Positions 10,000 through 18,752 of a stretch of 64,000 bases of DNA are shown here, one piece after another. A program made the translations under genes and the position numbers. The stretch comes from Candidatus Latescibacterota bacterium (lineage in GTDB: Bacteria; Latescibacterota; UBA2968; GCA-2709665): contig OZ250150.1 of NCBI GenBank assembly GCA_965237675.1, forward strand, positions 4,000,001 through 4,064,000, read 5' to 3'. The notes beneath the pieces are model-generated. The model saw nothing but the letters and a program-made list of their open reading frames with translations. It did no database searches and was not told where the DNA came from. The stretch's first letter is position 1; every line of letters starts with the position of its first letter.

Positions 10000-12051
10000 T
10001 CATGCCTGGGCCGCCAGTGGGTAAGAAAACGTTCGGTCGGCCTCAATGTCTGTCAGATCCGGAGCATCTTCCGACAAAACCCAGAGGTGCCGTTCCGTCC
10101 CCGCGTGCACCCGGAATTCCCCGGCAGGGTCACGAGAACCGACCGCATCCACCCGACTGACCGCGGGGTCGTTGTCCCAGTGATGCACGAGCGCAACAAA
10201 GGTTGTCTTGCGGGCAATCCTGCGGCGGATGAGTATATCACCGGTCTTGGATGCGGGTTGCAACGGCGCTTCTCCCCTGATGATTCGTTCACCGGTTTCT
10301 TCCAGGAGGAAGATTCCCACCCCAACCCCCGGCAAGCGCCATTGTAACGCGGCCATTCCTTCGGGTACGAATGCGATCGGCTGCCGGATATGGGCATATC
10401 CATCGCCCGAAAGCGCAACCGATTCTCCAACCGACAGACCGGTCTGCATGCAGCGATCGGCCTGATATCTGCAGACCCAATCCATCTGGCATTCCTGCGG
10501 CGCCTCAACGTGAAACACATCCCAGAAGTACGAATCCGTCCACAAGATAACCCGCCGCATCGCGATCCCGGCATACGGGGCATTCTCCCATGAAACGCGG
10601 GCGTCGACCACCTGGAAGCCACCCTCTCGCCGTTCATCAAAATTCACAAGCCGCCCGTCCGCCGGTGGCTGGGAGATGCCGTTTACAATCACGGTGTTAT
10701 GGCTGAGTGTCTGTCGGTACCAGCTTTCGTTCATGCCAACGCCATACCCCGGCGTACCCAGATCGGTAGCCACCGGAGACCCCCGCACGTAGAACGAGAT
10801 CGAGAGTTTGTCCGGATGTCCGTGTCCGCCGCCGTGCGGGCCGTACTTGAGCAGCACGCAGCTTTGCCGATCGAGCGCCTTCCCCGATCTCAGGATGGCC
10901 ATTCCCGACGGTTTCAGAACGGTGCTCCCCGCGATGAGTCCGCCGCCGGATTCCGGTAGAACTTCCCCGTACAGAAGCGCCTCCAGGGCGGTTCGTGGCC
11001 GCCCCGAATAGTTTTGTTCAAGTACCCGGGCGAAAACCGACTCCCGATACCACCCGTACGCCACCTCGTAAAAAGACTCCGACGGCGGCACGCCGTGGCA
11101 GACATCCGACAACAGCGAAGAGAAGAACCAGCAGTCGTTGGTGGCGGGAAGCCTGAAATCGGGAAACGCCAGCGACACCGGCGCCCGGAACATTGCCTTT
11201 AGCCGGTCGTGGTCATGCAGGTCCCCAACGTTGTTCTCCGAAACCTGGACCTGAGCAATCAGCGCGGCGAGGGTATAAAAATGGTAACTGGAAGATCCCT
11301 CCCACCACAATCCGTCGTCCAGAACACCCTCCCGCAACTGGTGGTAAAACCCGAAGGTGTCCTCCAGGGCCACCTTCTGGAAATTTGCGTCGTCCAGGGC
11401 GATTCCAACGGCCGCTATCGCTGCATTGTGCCAGCATTCAATGTTGTGAATGCGGTGGAACTTCTGGCCCTGGATGTGCTCCGCAGCCACCGCGAGCAGG
11501 TTCGTTTCGATCAGCGTCCGCTGGCTTGGCGTGAGGGCTTCCCGGACAAGATCGTAAGCCTTTGCCATGGGGATCAACCACACCGCCTCGTCCAATGAGT
11601 GGTTTGCCACCTTGCCCCAGCCATAGGGCAATTCACGTTCAATCGGATACCCCGGATAACGTTCCGCGTAGGCCAGCAGAATGTCTCTACATCTGGCGAA
11701 ATAGGCTCCGTTCGCATCCAACTGCCACATTAACGCCAGTCTGAACGCCATCGTGGACAGCCGATTGTTGACGAACCAGCGCCATGCGGAATCGTACGGC
11801 TCGCCTGAAAAGACCCGTCCGTCCCTGGGACATCGATGGGCGCGCGGCGATCCGGCGTCGAACACAAGCTCGACCGCGTGATCCGGGCAAAAGTAGTTGT
11901 GGTAGTATCCTGCCGGACGGTCCTGAGGTTGCATTTTTTCGTCAAGGAAGGCCTTCGCCTCACTCTCCAGTCGACGGTAGGCATGGACGAATGCCGGATG
12001 CGTCCGCCGTTCCCTTGCCATTGCCAGACGATTGTCCGGTATCAGTTTCAT
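10000..12051 (-). CDS. Heparinase II/III family polysaccharide lyase (oligoalginate-lyase-like)
   Basis: SLDEAVW, HNIECW, WEGSSSYHFY, HGHPDKL, SHNTV motifs; no signal peptide. Confidence 0.8.
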   Translation of the reverse strand: MKLIPDNRLAMARERRTHPAFVHAYRRLESEAKAFLDEKMQPQDRPAGYYHNYFCPDHAVELVFDAGSPRAHRCPRDGRVFSGEPYDSAWRWFVNNRLSTMAFRLALMWQLDANGAYFARCRDILLAYAERYPGYPIERELPYGWGKVANHSLDEAVWLIPMAKAYDLVREALTPSQRTLIETNLLAVAAEHIQGQKFHRIHNIECWHNAAIAAVGIALDDANFQKVALEDTFGFYHQLREGVLDDGLWWEGSSSYHFYTLAALIAQVQVSENNVGDLHDHDRLKAMFRAPVSLAFPDFRLPATNDCWFFSSLLSDVCHGVPPSESFYEVAYGWYRESVFARVLEQNYSGRPRTALEALLYGEVLPESGGGLIAGSTVLKPSGMAILRSGKALDRQSCVLLKYGPHGGGHGHPDKLSISFYVRGSPVATDLGTPGYGVGMNESWYRQTLSHNTVIVNGISQPPADGRLVNFDERREGGFQVVDARVSWENAPYAGIAMRRVILWTDSYFWDVFHVEAPQECQMDWVCRYQADRCMQTGLSVGESVALSGDGYAHIRQPIAFVPEGMAALQWRLPGVGVGIFLLEETGERIIRGEAPLQPASKTGDILIRRRIARKTTFVALVHHWDNDPAVSRVDAVGSRDPAGEFRVHAGTERHLWVLSEDAPDLTDIEADRTFSYPLAAQA

Positions 12052-12212
12052 TAAACGTCCTCCACGTTACCAATGGCCGGTTGCCACATTGCCGGTCGGA
12101 CCTTATCTTACTGAGGTATTAAGCCGAAAGTGTTCTGTCACGGAGATAGATTGCCGAAATTCGGCCGCCGAGACGGGATGAATCGGCCTGCCTGTGCGTG
12201 CTGTCTCACGCA

Positions 12213-12279
12213 CGCAGACAGGCGGAAGAATGGCGACATATTTCCGGGACAGGACACGAGTTCCCCGAGGCTTCGCACC
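12213..12279. repeat. Imperfect direct repeat of about 65 nt, copy 1 (copy 2 at 13053-13117)
   Basis: cgcagacaggcggaagaatggcgacatatttccgg versus cgcggacatgcggaagaatggtgacgtatttacgg; offset 840. Confidence 0.75.
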
Positions 12280-12322
12280 GTACGCGAGCTACCTTTGAAA
12301 TCGCGTCTTCACCGGGTTTTAA

Positions 12323-12942
12323 TATGCCCGACACGATACCTGAGATTCTGATACCGGCCGATGAAATCCAGGAAAAGGTGTGTCAACTCGGCGCCCGGAT
12401 CTCGTCCGACTTCCGCTCCGAGGTCGCTGTCTGTCCGGAGGGCGGTACAGCGCAGGACGATCGACGGGCGGATGAGACACAACGAACGCTCATCCTCACG
12501 GGCGTTCTCAAAGGCGCCCTCTTTTTTCTTGCGGATCTGGCCCGGGAAATCTCCGTTCCCGTCGAGATCGAATATATGTCCGTATCGAGCTATGGGAAAT
12601 CGACGCGAAGTTCCGGGGTTGTGCGGATCCTTAAGGATCTCGATCGGGATATCGCCGGTGCAGATGTGCTCCTTGTGGAGGATATCGTGGATACGGGACT
12701 TACGCTGGACTATCTTCTGCGCATCCTCGAACCCCGGCGCCCCCCGGAGCCTGAAAGTCTGCAGCCTGCTGGAAAAACCCGCCCGTCGAATGGTGGAAGT
12801 GCCAATCGACTATGTCGGCTTCTCCATCCCGGACGAGTTTGTCGTCGGATATGGACTTGACTCCGACCAGCAATACCGCAATCTTCCTTATATCGCGGCA
12901 TTGAAGAACGTCGACGAGTCGCCCGGCTCGCATTGCACCTGA
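12323..12942 (+). pseudogene. hpt: Hypoxanthine phosphoribosyltransferase with +1 frameshift in a C6 run at 12740-12745
   Basis: GVLKGA, SSYG and [11 protein letters not shown] in one frame; [19 protein letters not shown] and YRNLPYI in the next frame. Confidence 0.9.
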
Positions 12943-13013
12943 GCGAGACGACCTGCGGTAGAGAAATTGTCAGATGTCGTGGATGGCGGCGAGCGCGTCC
13001 TGAGTCGCCACCA

Positions 13014-13038
13014 GGGCGACCACAAGGGTCGCCCCTAC
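13014..13038 (-). repeat. GTAG-type REP palindrome
   Basis: GTAGGGGCGACCCTTGTGGTCGCCC on the minus strand. Confidence 0.75.
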
Positions 13039-13096
13039 AAAAACAATATGGGCGCGGACATGCGGAAGAATGGTGACGTATTTACGGAAAAACACA

Positions 13097-13840
13097 CTAA
13101 GTTCCGAGGCTTCCACCTGGTTCCGCCAGCACGCGATTCACGGTCTTGAACAGACTCTCTACCATCTGCTCCGTGAGTGTTCCCGTATTTGTATTGTAAC
13201 GGCTGAAGTGGTAACTGGCAACCAGAATCCGGGAATCTCGGTCGAAACGGTAGGTTTTGCCATGCGCGAACCGGTAGCACCCTACCCGCTCAATGATACC
13301 CTCCGTCCTCAAGAGCCGCAGATAGGCCTCAAACGCGTCTCTCCCCATCGATAGCACAACCCGAATCCGCTTTAACTGCTTCGTTTCCTTTCGCAGCCAG
13401 TCGAGGCATGCGCGTTTCTCACTGCCGTTCGGCCTATTTGCAGGCGGGACGCACTTTACGGCGTTTGTAATGTACACGTTTTTGAGTTTCAGACCGTCGT
13501 TTGGATGAGTGGATCCCGGTTGATTGCTGAATCCGTGACGGTATAATGCCCTGTAGAGCACCTGTCCGGCATAGTCCCCGGTAAACGGTCTGCCGGTACG
13601 GTTCGCCCCACGGGCGCCCGGTGCGAGACCGATGACGAGCAGTTGGCCGGACGCATCGCCGAAACCGGGCACTGGTTTTGCCCAGTAGCCATCGACATTC
13701 TCCCGTTGATCGTCGCCGGAAATGAACGTGGCGCGGTAGTCAACCAGCCGCGCACAGCTGGCGCAGTCTGCAATCTGTTCGAAGAGGAGGCGTTCCGCCC
13801 CCTCGTCCTGCCACACGACGCGACGCGATCTGACGCCCAT
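13097..13840 (-). CDS. Uracil-DNA glycosylase family 5 (UdgB-like, Fe-S)
   Basis: CASCARL, GLAPGARGANRTGRPFTGD, AVKCVPP, YHFSRYNTNTG motifs. Confidence 0.9.
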   Translation of the reverse strand: MGVRSRRVVWQDEGAERLLFEQIADCASCARLVDYRATFISGDDQRENVDGYWAKPVPGFGDASGQLLVIGLAPGARGANRTGRPFTGDYAGQVLYRALYRHGFSNQPGSTHPNDGLKLKNVYITNAVKCVPPANRPNGSEKRACLDWLRKETKQLKRIRVVLSMGRDAFEAYLRLLRTEGIIERVGCYRFAHGKTYRFDRDSRILVASYHFSRYNTNTGTLTEQMVESLFKTVNRVLAEPGGSLGT

Positions 13841-14036
13841 TGTGTTGCCTTACGTTCGTAGCGTTTGAAACCCTGATGGGACCACGCATCAAGAGTAACC
13901 ACGCTTCAATCTGCGATGGGAGCGCGGCTCTATAACGGGCATACCGGGCGACCGTTAACGGCGCCAGCCATTATCGGCACCGCGTCCGGGACTCTGATGG
14001 GGATTCCGCTTGCCGGGAAATCGTCCGTGCCGGCCA

Positions 14037-14071
14037 TGAAAAGGAGGCGGCCCCGCGGAAGCCGCCTCCTT
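14037..14071 (-). terminator. Intrinsic terminator after the glutaredoxin-like gene
   Basis: aaggaggcgg...ccgcctcctt hairpin followed by a short T-tract on the minus strand. Confidence 0.6.
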
Positions 14072-14103
14072 GAAGATGTTAATATGAGTCCTGACGCTGT
14101 CGG

Positions 14104-14466
14104 CTAGTTTCCCACCCTGTTGTTGAAGAATACCACCTGCTGCGACCGGGCCATTGCCTCGTGTTCCTCGTCGGTGCACGACCTGTCCGTGGGCACATTG
14201 GGGTCGGGGCCCGCCGGCTGGTACCCGCTGCGAACCAGGTAGGCCTCCAATTCGTCTCCGCTGATATCGGCCATGATCTGCCCTTTGAAATCCAGGGTCG
14301 GCTGCAATGGTTGGCCGCTCTTGCGCACCATTTCCTCGTAGTTCTCCGGATAATTGATGATATCTTTGTCTACGTATTCAAGGCCGTATTTGGCCAGCAC
14401 CGCCCGTATGCCACGGCTCCAACCACAGCTCGGCTTGAGATATGCGGTAATTTCCGGACTAGCCAT
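14104..14466 (-). CDS. Monothiol glutaredoxin-like protein
   Basis: YLKPSCGWS (CxxS), KSGQPLQPT, C-terminal SCTDEEH; AGGAG RBS upstream of 14466. Confidence 0.8.
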   Translation of the reverse strand: MASPEITAYLKPSCGWSRGIRAVLAKYGLEYVDKDIINYPENYEEMVRKSGQPLQPTLDFKGQIMADISGDELEAYLVRSGYQPAGPDPNVPTDRSCTDEEHEAMARSQQVVFFNNRVGN

Positions 14467-14559
14467 CGGGAACTCTCCTTGTCCTTGAATTAGACACCGG
14501 AACACGTGAATTTATCCTTGAAATAACATAACGAACTTTGCGAGAATTAGCAAGTCCAA

Positions 14560-14768
14560 TCGCCATTCGGCCGGCCCACCAGGGATCCTTCGAGCGTCCC
14601 GAGTCGGGAGTATGAGACGGCACTTCGCCAGCTTGCGCCTGACCGTCGCGAAAACCGACAGTTACCTCGGCACAGGTTGGGTAACCGGCGTCTTTCAGGA
14701 AATCCTTCGGGGATCGGTCCCTCACGTCTGCGCTGCCCGCATCCCGCCCACCACCGGCAGGTTGGCGA
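14560..14768 (+). ncRNA. Candidate structured ncRNA, family not recognised
   Basis: Nested complementary segments, a cUUCGg loop and an upstream promoter-like TTGAAA-N18-GAGAAT; see findings. Confidence 0.4.
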
Positions 14769-14776
14769 CACTCGGT

Positions 14777-15079
14777 TTATTCCGCGGCATTCACTGCCTT
14801 GGCAAAGTCGAGGTCGGCCCGGGTGACGGCGTTTTCGCTGTGAGTCGTCACCGTAACCGTGAGGGTCTTGCTCCTGCTGTCCAGATTGATGTCCGAGTGG
14901 TGGTTGTTGCTGTCCATGACCTGTGTAATCGTACGCACAAAGGCCATCGTCGGGACGAATTTCTCGAACTTCCATACCCTCTGAAGCGCCTTGTTTTCAG
15001 GATCATATTCCCAGCCTTCGAGGTCCTTTAACGCCTCCCGTATCTCGTCCTCGGTCACCCCGGTCTTATCCTCGTGCAT
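14777..15079 (-). CDS. Pterin-4-alpha-carbinolamine dehydratase
   Basis: NHHSDI and TTHSENAVTRADLDFA motifs. Confidence 0.88.
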   Translation of the reverse strand: MHEDKTGVTEDEIREALKDLEGWEYDPENKALQRVWKFEKFVPTMAFVRTITQVMDSNNHHSDINLDSRSKTLTVTVTTHSENAVTRADLDFAKAVNAAE

Positions 15080-15228
15080 AGCCGCCTCCCTTGAGAATGA
15101 AAATGATGAATATATCGCATTGAAACCTCGCTCGTAACGCCTGTTCGCGTGACTCCGTGTCAAACGACAACCGGGTTATCCGGGTAAGACCGCGTCACGG
15201 AAGTAATATACCAAATTTCACAGACTGA

Positions 15229-15858
15229 TCAATCCCTGCACCGGATGCCGGCAATCGCCAGCGCGCTCGCGTATTCTTCAGGGGTGTTGATATTCCTCAG
15301 AGATTCCAGTTCAGGATCCACATCTCTTAGTGCGGACCCCGGCACCCGGCGGCAGCAACAATGTTCCGTCAGCATCGTCAGTCTGAGGGTGCCGGCGTCC
15401 AGATTCTCCAGAATAGCGGGGAGCGCCGACACCCGATAAACGGCCGCAAGCGGATGGAGACGGCCTTCTTCATGTGGCACACAGATTTCGGCCTCACCGG
15501 CAAGATGCACCAGGCGGCGTAAAAAACCGGCACGCAAGAAGGGCGCATCGCAGCCGCATACGAACGCGGCTTCGGCCTGCGGGGAAATGGCTTCGAGACC
15601 CGCCGCCAGCCCCTGTAACGGACCCCTGCCCGACACCTGATCCCGGATAATTTCCACGTTCTCGGGAAGGCGTGGCAGTCGCTGCCGAGGCGCTGCGACG
15701 GCCAGTACCGGATGGAGCGTACCGACAAGCACACGAACCACGCGCTGCAGCAGAAATTCTTCCCCGAAGCGCAACCACGCCTTGGACAATCCCATCCGTC
15801 TGCTTCGTCCGCCACAAAGCACGATACCGCCGACTCTCATTTCAGATATCCAGGACAA
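15229..15858 (-). CDS. mobA: Molybdenum cofactor guanylyltransferase
   Basis: LCGGRSRRMG, GPLQGL, CDAPF, HPLAAVY, NINTPEE motifs. Confidence 0.9.
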   Translation of the reverse strand: MSWISEMRVGGIVLCGGRSRRMGLSKAWLRFGEEFLLQRVVRVLVGTLHPVLAVAAPRQRLPRLPENVEIIRDQVSGRGPLQGLAAGLEAISPQAEAAFVCGCDAPFLRAGFLRRLVHLAGEAEICVPHEEGRLHPLAAVYRVSALPAILENLDAGTLRLTMLTEHCCCRRVPGSALRDVDPELESLRNINTPEEYASALAIAGIRCRD

Positions 15859-16273
15859 CGAATGCCCGCCACAGCCGGTCGATGCGTTCCACGAGGAACC
15901 GGTGGAGCGTGACGGCCTTCACGTCGACAACCAGATCGTGGCGTTCCATATCCAATTCCTCGCCAACCAGTTCCGCCGACACACCAAAGGTGCCTTCACG
16001 TTTTCGGACGAGGACGTTCACCGGCCGTAACAGAAGCCGCTCGGCATCCTTGTAGAAGATCACTTCCTGCAGAAAATCGAACAGCAGCAGGTCTAGCTCC
16101 TCCGCCTCGAGCTTCACGGATCGACGGTCCTTTAGCGCCAGGGTATCGAGGTCGGCCAACATCACGTTCAACGTGGCTTCGGCGGCCGCGGTAAACAGGG
16201 CCCCGAGGTCGTCACCCCGGGCCTCGAAAGCCACGTCCGCAATCGCGATATCTTCGAGAAACCGATAGGACAA
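15842..16273 (-). CDS. Archease
   Basis: YRFLEDIAIADVAFEA, DVKAVTLH, C-terminal VVLDI; probable TTG start at 16273. Confidence 0.92.
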   Translation of the reverse strand: MSYRFLEDIAIADVAFEARGDDLGALFTAAAEATLNVMLADLDTLALKDRRSVKLEAEELDLLLFDFLQEVIFYKDAERLLLRPVNVLVRKREGTFGVSAELVGEELDMERHDLVVDVKAVTLHRFLVERIDRLWRAFVVLDI

Positions 16274-16302
16274 TATTACATCCCTTTCCGGTACAAGCAG
16301 TT

Positions 16303-17196
16303 CTACGCCTGGCACGCCTCAAGTTCCGAAAGAACGTGTTCCCTCGCTTCCGACGCGCCCCGGCCAATAAAAACGAGTTCTGTCCGATCCGCACCGAACG
16401 GCTCCAGCGCCCACCTCCCGCCTGCAAAATTGAATAGAAATGCGCCTTCCCCGCACCTCAGGAACCCCTTCGCGCGGTAGACGGTCTTCGGCATGGAATC
16501 CGCGACGCGTTCGAATTTCGCACGATCCAAAACCGTGTCGGATACGAAGTCAAAGCTGTCGATTTCCCCCAGGTTACGGTGTGCCGTTGCGGCGCGTACG
16601 GACCGGGGCGATCTGACTTCGAAACCGAAAAGAAGCCCCGTGTCGACTTCGCATTTCAAGGTTCGCAAAACCGCAGCTTCGGGGTTCACCCGCCGTAGTT
16701 GTGCTTCTACCGCGTCCACGTGGCACGGCGTGACCAGATCCACTTTGTTTAACAGCAAGATATCCGCCGCTTCAAACTGGGTGGTTGTCACGTATCCCAA
16801 ATCGGGAAACCGGACCATCAAATCCGCGTCCGCGATGACCACCACGCTGTCCAGACGAACGCCCGGCAGATTGTCCTGCACGTCAAAGATAACCGCATCC
16901 GGCTCCGCAACGCCGGTGGTCTCAACCGCAATCAGTTCCGGACCCACCATATCTACGATCTCGTTAATGGCCTCCTCGAACTCCCCCGCCAGCGAACAGC
17001 AGACACAACCTCCGGCCAGTTCGGTCATTCGAATGTGTTTTCCCTGCACCACCCTGCTATCGATGGCGATTTCTCCAAATTCGTTCATCAGAATCGCTAC
17101 TCGACGGTCGGCACGCGCCACAAGGTGCCGCAGCAACGTGGTCTTCCCACTGCCCAACGAACCTGCTATGAGAATCATCGAGGTCTTCACCGCCAC
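16303..17196 (-). CDS. COG0523/CobW-family GTPase (metallochaperone)
   Basis: GSLGSGKTT, NEFGEI, GCVCC, ETTGVAEP, LNKVD, YRAKG motifs. Confidence 0.92.
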   Translation of the reverse strand: MAVKTSMILIAGSLGSGKTTLLRHLVARADRRVAILMNEFGEIAIDSRVVQGKHIRMTELAGGCVCCSLAGEFEEAINEIVDMVGPELIAVETTGVAEPDAVIFDVQDNLPGVRLDSVVVIADADLMVRFPDLGYVTTTQFEAADILLLNKVDLVTPCHVDAVEAQLRRVNPEAAVLRTLKCEVDTGLLFGFEVRSPRSVRAATAHRNLGEIDSFDFVSDTVLDRAKFERVADSMPKTVYRAKGFLRCGEGAFLFNFAGGRWALEPFGADRTELVFIGRGASEAREHVLSELEACQA

Positions 17197-17285
17197 CTGC
17201 CCCTCCGGCCGTCCCGCGTCGGTACGGGATCGGGCGGCCGTCTGACGTTCAGGACAAACCGTACGGACGCAGTCTGCTTCCAGGC

Positions 17286-18743
17286 CTACCCCTTCACGTT
17301 TCCAATGGGCGAAAACCGGACCACCCGTCGGCTGAGGCCGGCCTGCTGTGTCGCTTCGATCACTTCGTCGATATCCTTATATGCGCCGCCGGCCTCTTCG
17401 GCAAGGCCCGCAAAGGACACGGATCGGACATAAATGCCGCGCGCTTCCAGTTCCTTTTGGAGCCGCTTCCCGTGAAACCGTTTGCGAGCTTTCGTGCGGC
17501 TCATCGTCCGGCCGCTGCCGTGGGCCGTCGAGAAAAACGCCTGATCTCCACCTCGCGTCCCGGCCAGCAGATAGGACCCGGTTTCCATACTGCCGCCGAT
17601 TATTACCGGCTGCCCGTAGGGTTTGTAGATCTCAGGGACGCCGTCCATACCCGGTCCGAAGGCCCGGGTTGCCCCTTTGCGGTGAACGAGCACCGACCGT
17701 TCCCGACCGTCCACCACGTGGCGTTCCAGCTTGGCGGTGTTGTGCGCCACGTCGTAGACCTGCCGCATCTCCATCTCTTCCGGGCTGCGTCCCAGCGCGT
17801 CGGAGAATACCTCCCGAATGCGATGCAGAATGACCTGTCGGTTGGCAAACGACATGTTTATCGCGCACTTCATCGCGGCGAAATAGTCCTGCCCCTCGCG
17901 AGAGTGAAAGGGCGCACAGGCCAGTTCCCGATCCCGAATAGAAATCCCGTACTTCCGCTGCATTACCTTCAGAAACACCCGCAAATTATCCGTCGCCACC
18001 TGGTGCCCGAAACCGCGACTTCCGCAGTGAAACATCACGACAACCTGGTTGGGAATGGTGATGCCGAACGCCCTGGCTATCGCTTTATCGAATACATGAT
18101 CGGGTTTTGCCACCTGTATTTCAAGGTAGTGGTTTCCCGACCCCAGGGTGCCTATCTGGTTGAAACCTCGCTCCACCGCCTTGCGGCTGATCTTCGACGC
18201 GTCCGCGCCCGAAACGCACCCAATCTCTTCAGTCCGTTCCAGATCCTCCTGCCACCCGTAGTGGTTGCGCACGCACCAGCGCGCCCCCTCCTGTACCACC
18301 GTGCGAAACTCGTCGTGAGAAATTTTCAGAAATCCCGTACTTCCCACGCCCGCGGGCACCCGCTTGAACAGATTATCCACGAGCTTCTTCAGGTGCGGCC
18401 TGACCTCGTCGTACGTCAGATTGGTGGTGACCAGGCGCATCCCGCAGTTGACGTCGAAGCCGATGCCGCCGGGCGAGATCACGCCCTGTTCGGCGTCCAT
18501 TGCCGCCACTCCGCCAATGGGAAACCCATATCCCCAGTGTCCGTCTGGCATACAAAAGGCGTATTTCAGGATACCAGGAAGCGTGGCCACATTGGTCACC
18601 TGCTCGATCACGCCCTGGTCCATTTCCGACATTAGCTTTTCAGTCGCATAAATGCGCGCCGGGACGAGCATCCCTTTTTTGTACGACATCGGGATCTCCC
18701 AGACGGTCGGCGATACCCGGGTCACCTCGGGCGGGATGGACAT
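17286..18743 (-). CDS. rtcB: RNA ligase RtcB (archease-dependent type)
   Basis: PDGHWGYGFPIG, DVNCG, GSGNHYLE, HCGSRG, HRKGATR, HGSGR, EEAGGAYKD motifs. Confidence 0.97.
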   Translation of the reverse strand: MSIPPEVTRVSPTVWEIPMSYKKGMLVPARIYATEKLMSEMDQGVIEQVTNVATLPGILKYAFCMPDGHWGYGFPIGGVAAMDAEQGVISPGGIGFDVNCGMRLVTTNLTYDEVRPHLKKLVDNLFKRVPAGVGSTGFLKISHDEFRTVVQEGARWCVRNHYGWQEDLERTEEIGCVSGADASKISRKAVERGFNQIGTLGSGNHYLEIQVAKPDHVFDKAIARAFGITIPNQVVVMFHCGSRGFGHQVATDNLRVFLKVMQRKYGISIRDRELACAPFHSREGQDYFAAMKCAINMSFANRQVILHRIREVFSDALGRSPEEMEMRQVYDVAHNTAKLERHVVDGRERSVLVHRKGATRAFGPGMDGVPEIYKPYGQPVIIGGSMETGSYLLAGTRGGDQAFFSTAHGSGRTMSRTKARKRFHGKRLQKELEARGIYVRSVSFAGLAEEAGGAYKDIDEVIEATQQAGLSRRVVRFSPIGNVKG

Positions 18744-18752
18744 TTCGTGCTC

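Noticed and set aside
14648-14672. c-di-AMP (ydaO) riboswitch-like segment ccgacagttacctcg
   Set aside because: Only a partial 3' resemblance; the 5' GAAUCC/GGGGGAACC elements are missing and no plus-strand gene lies downstream.
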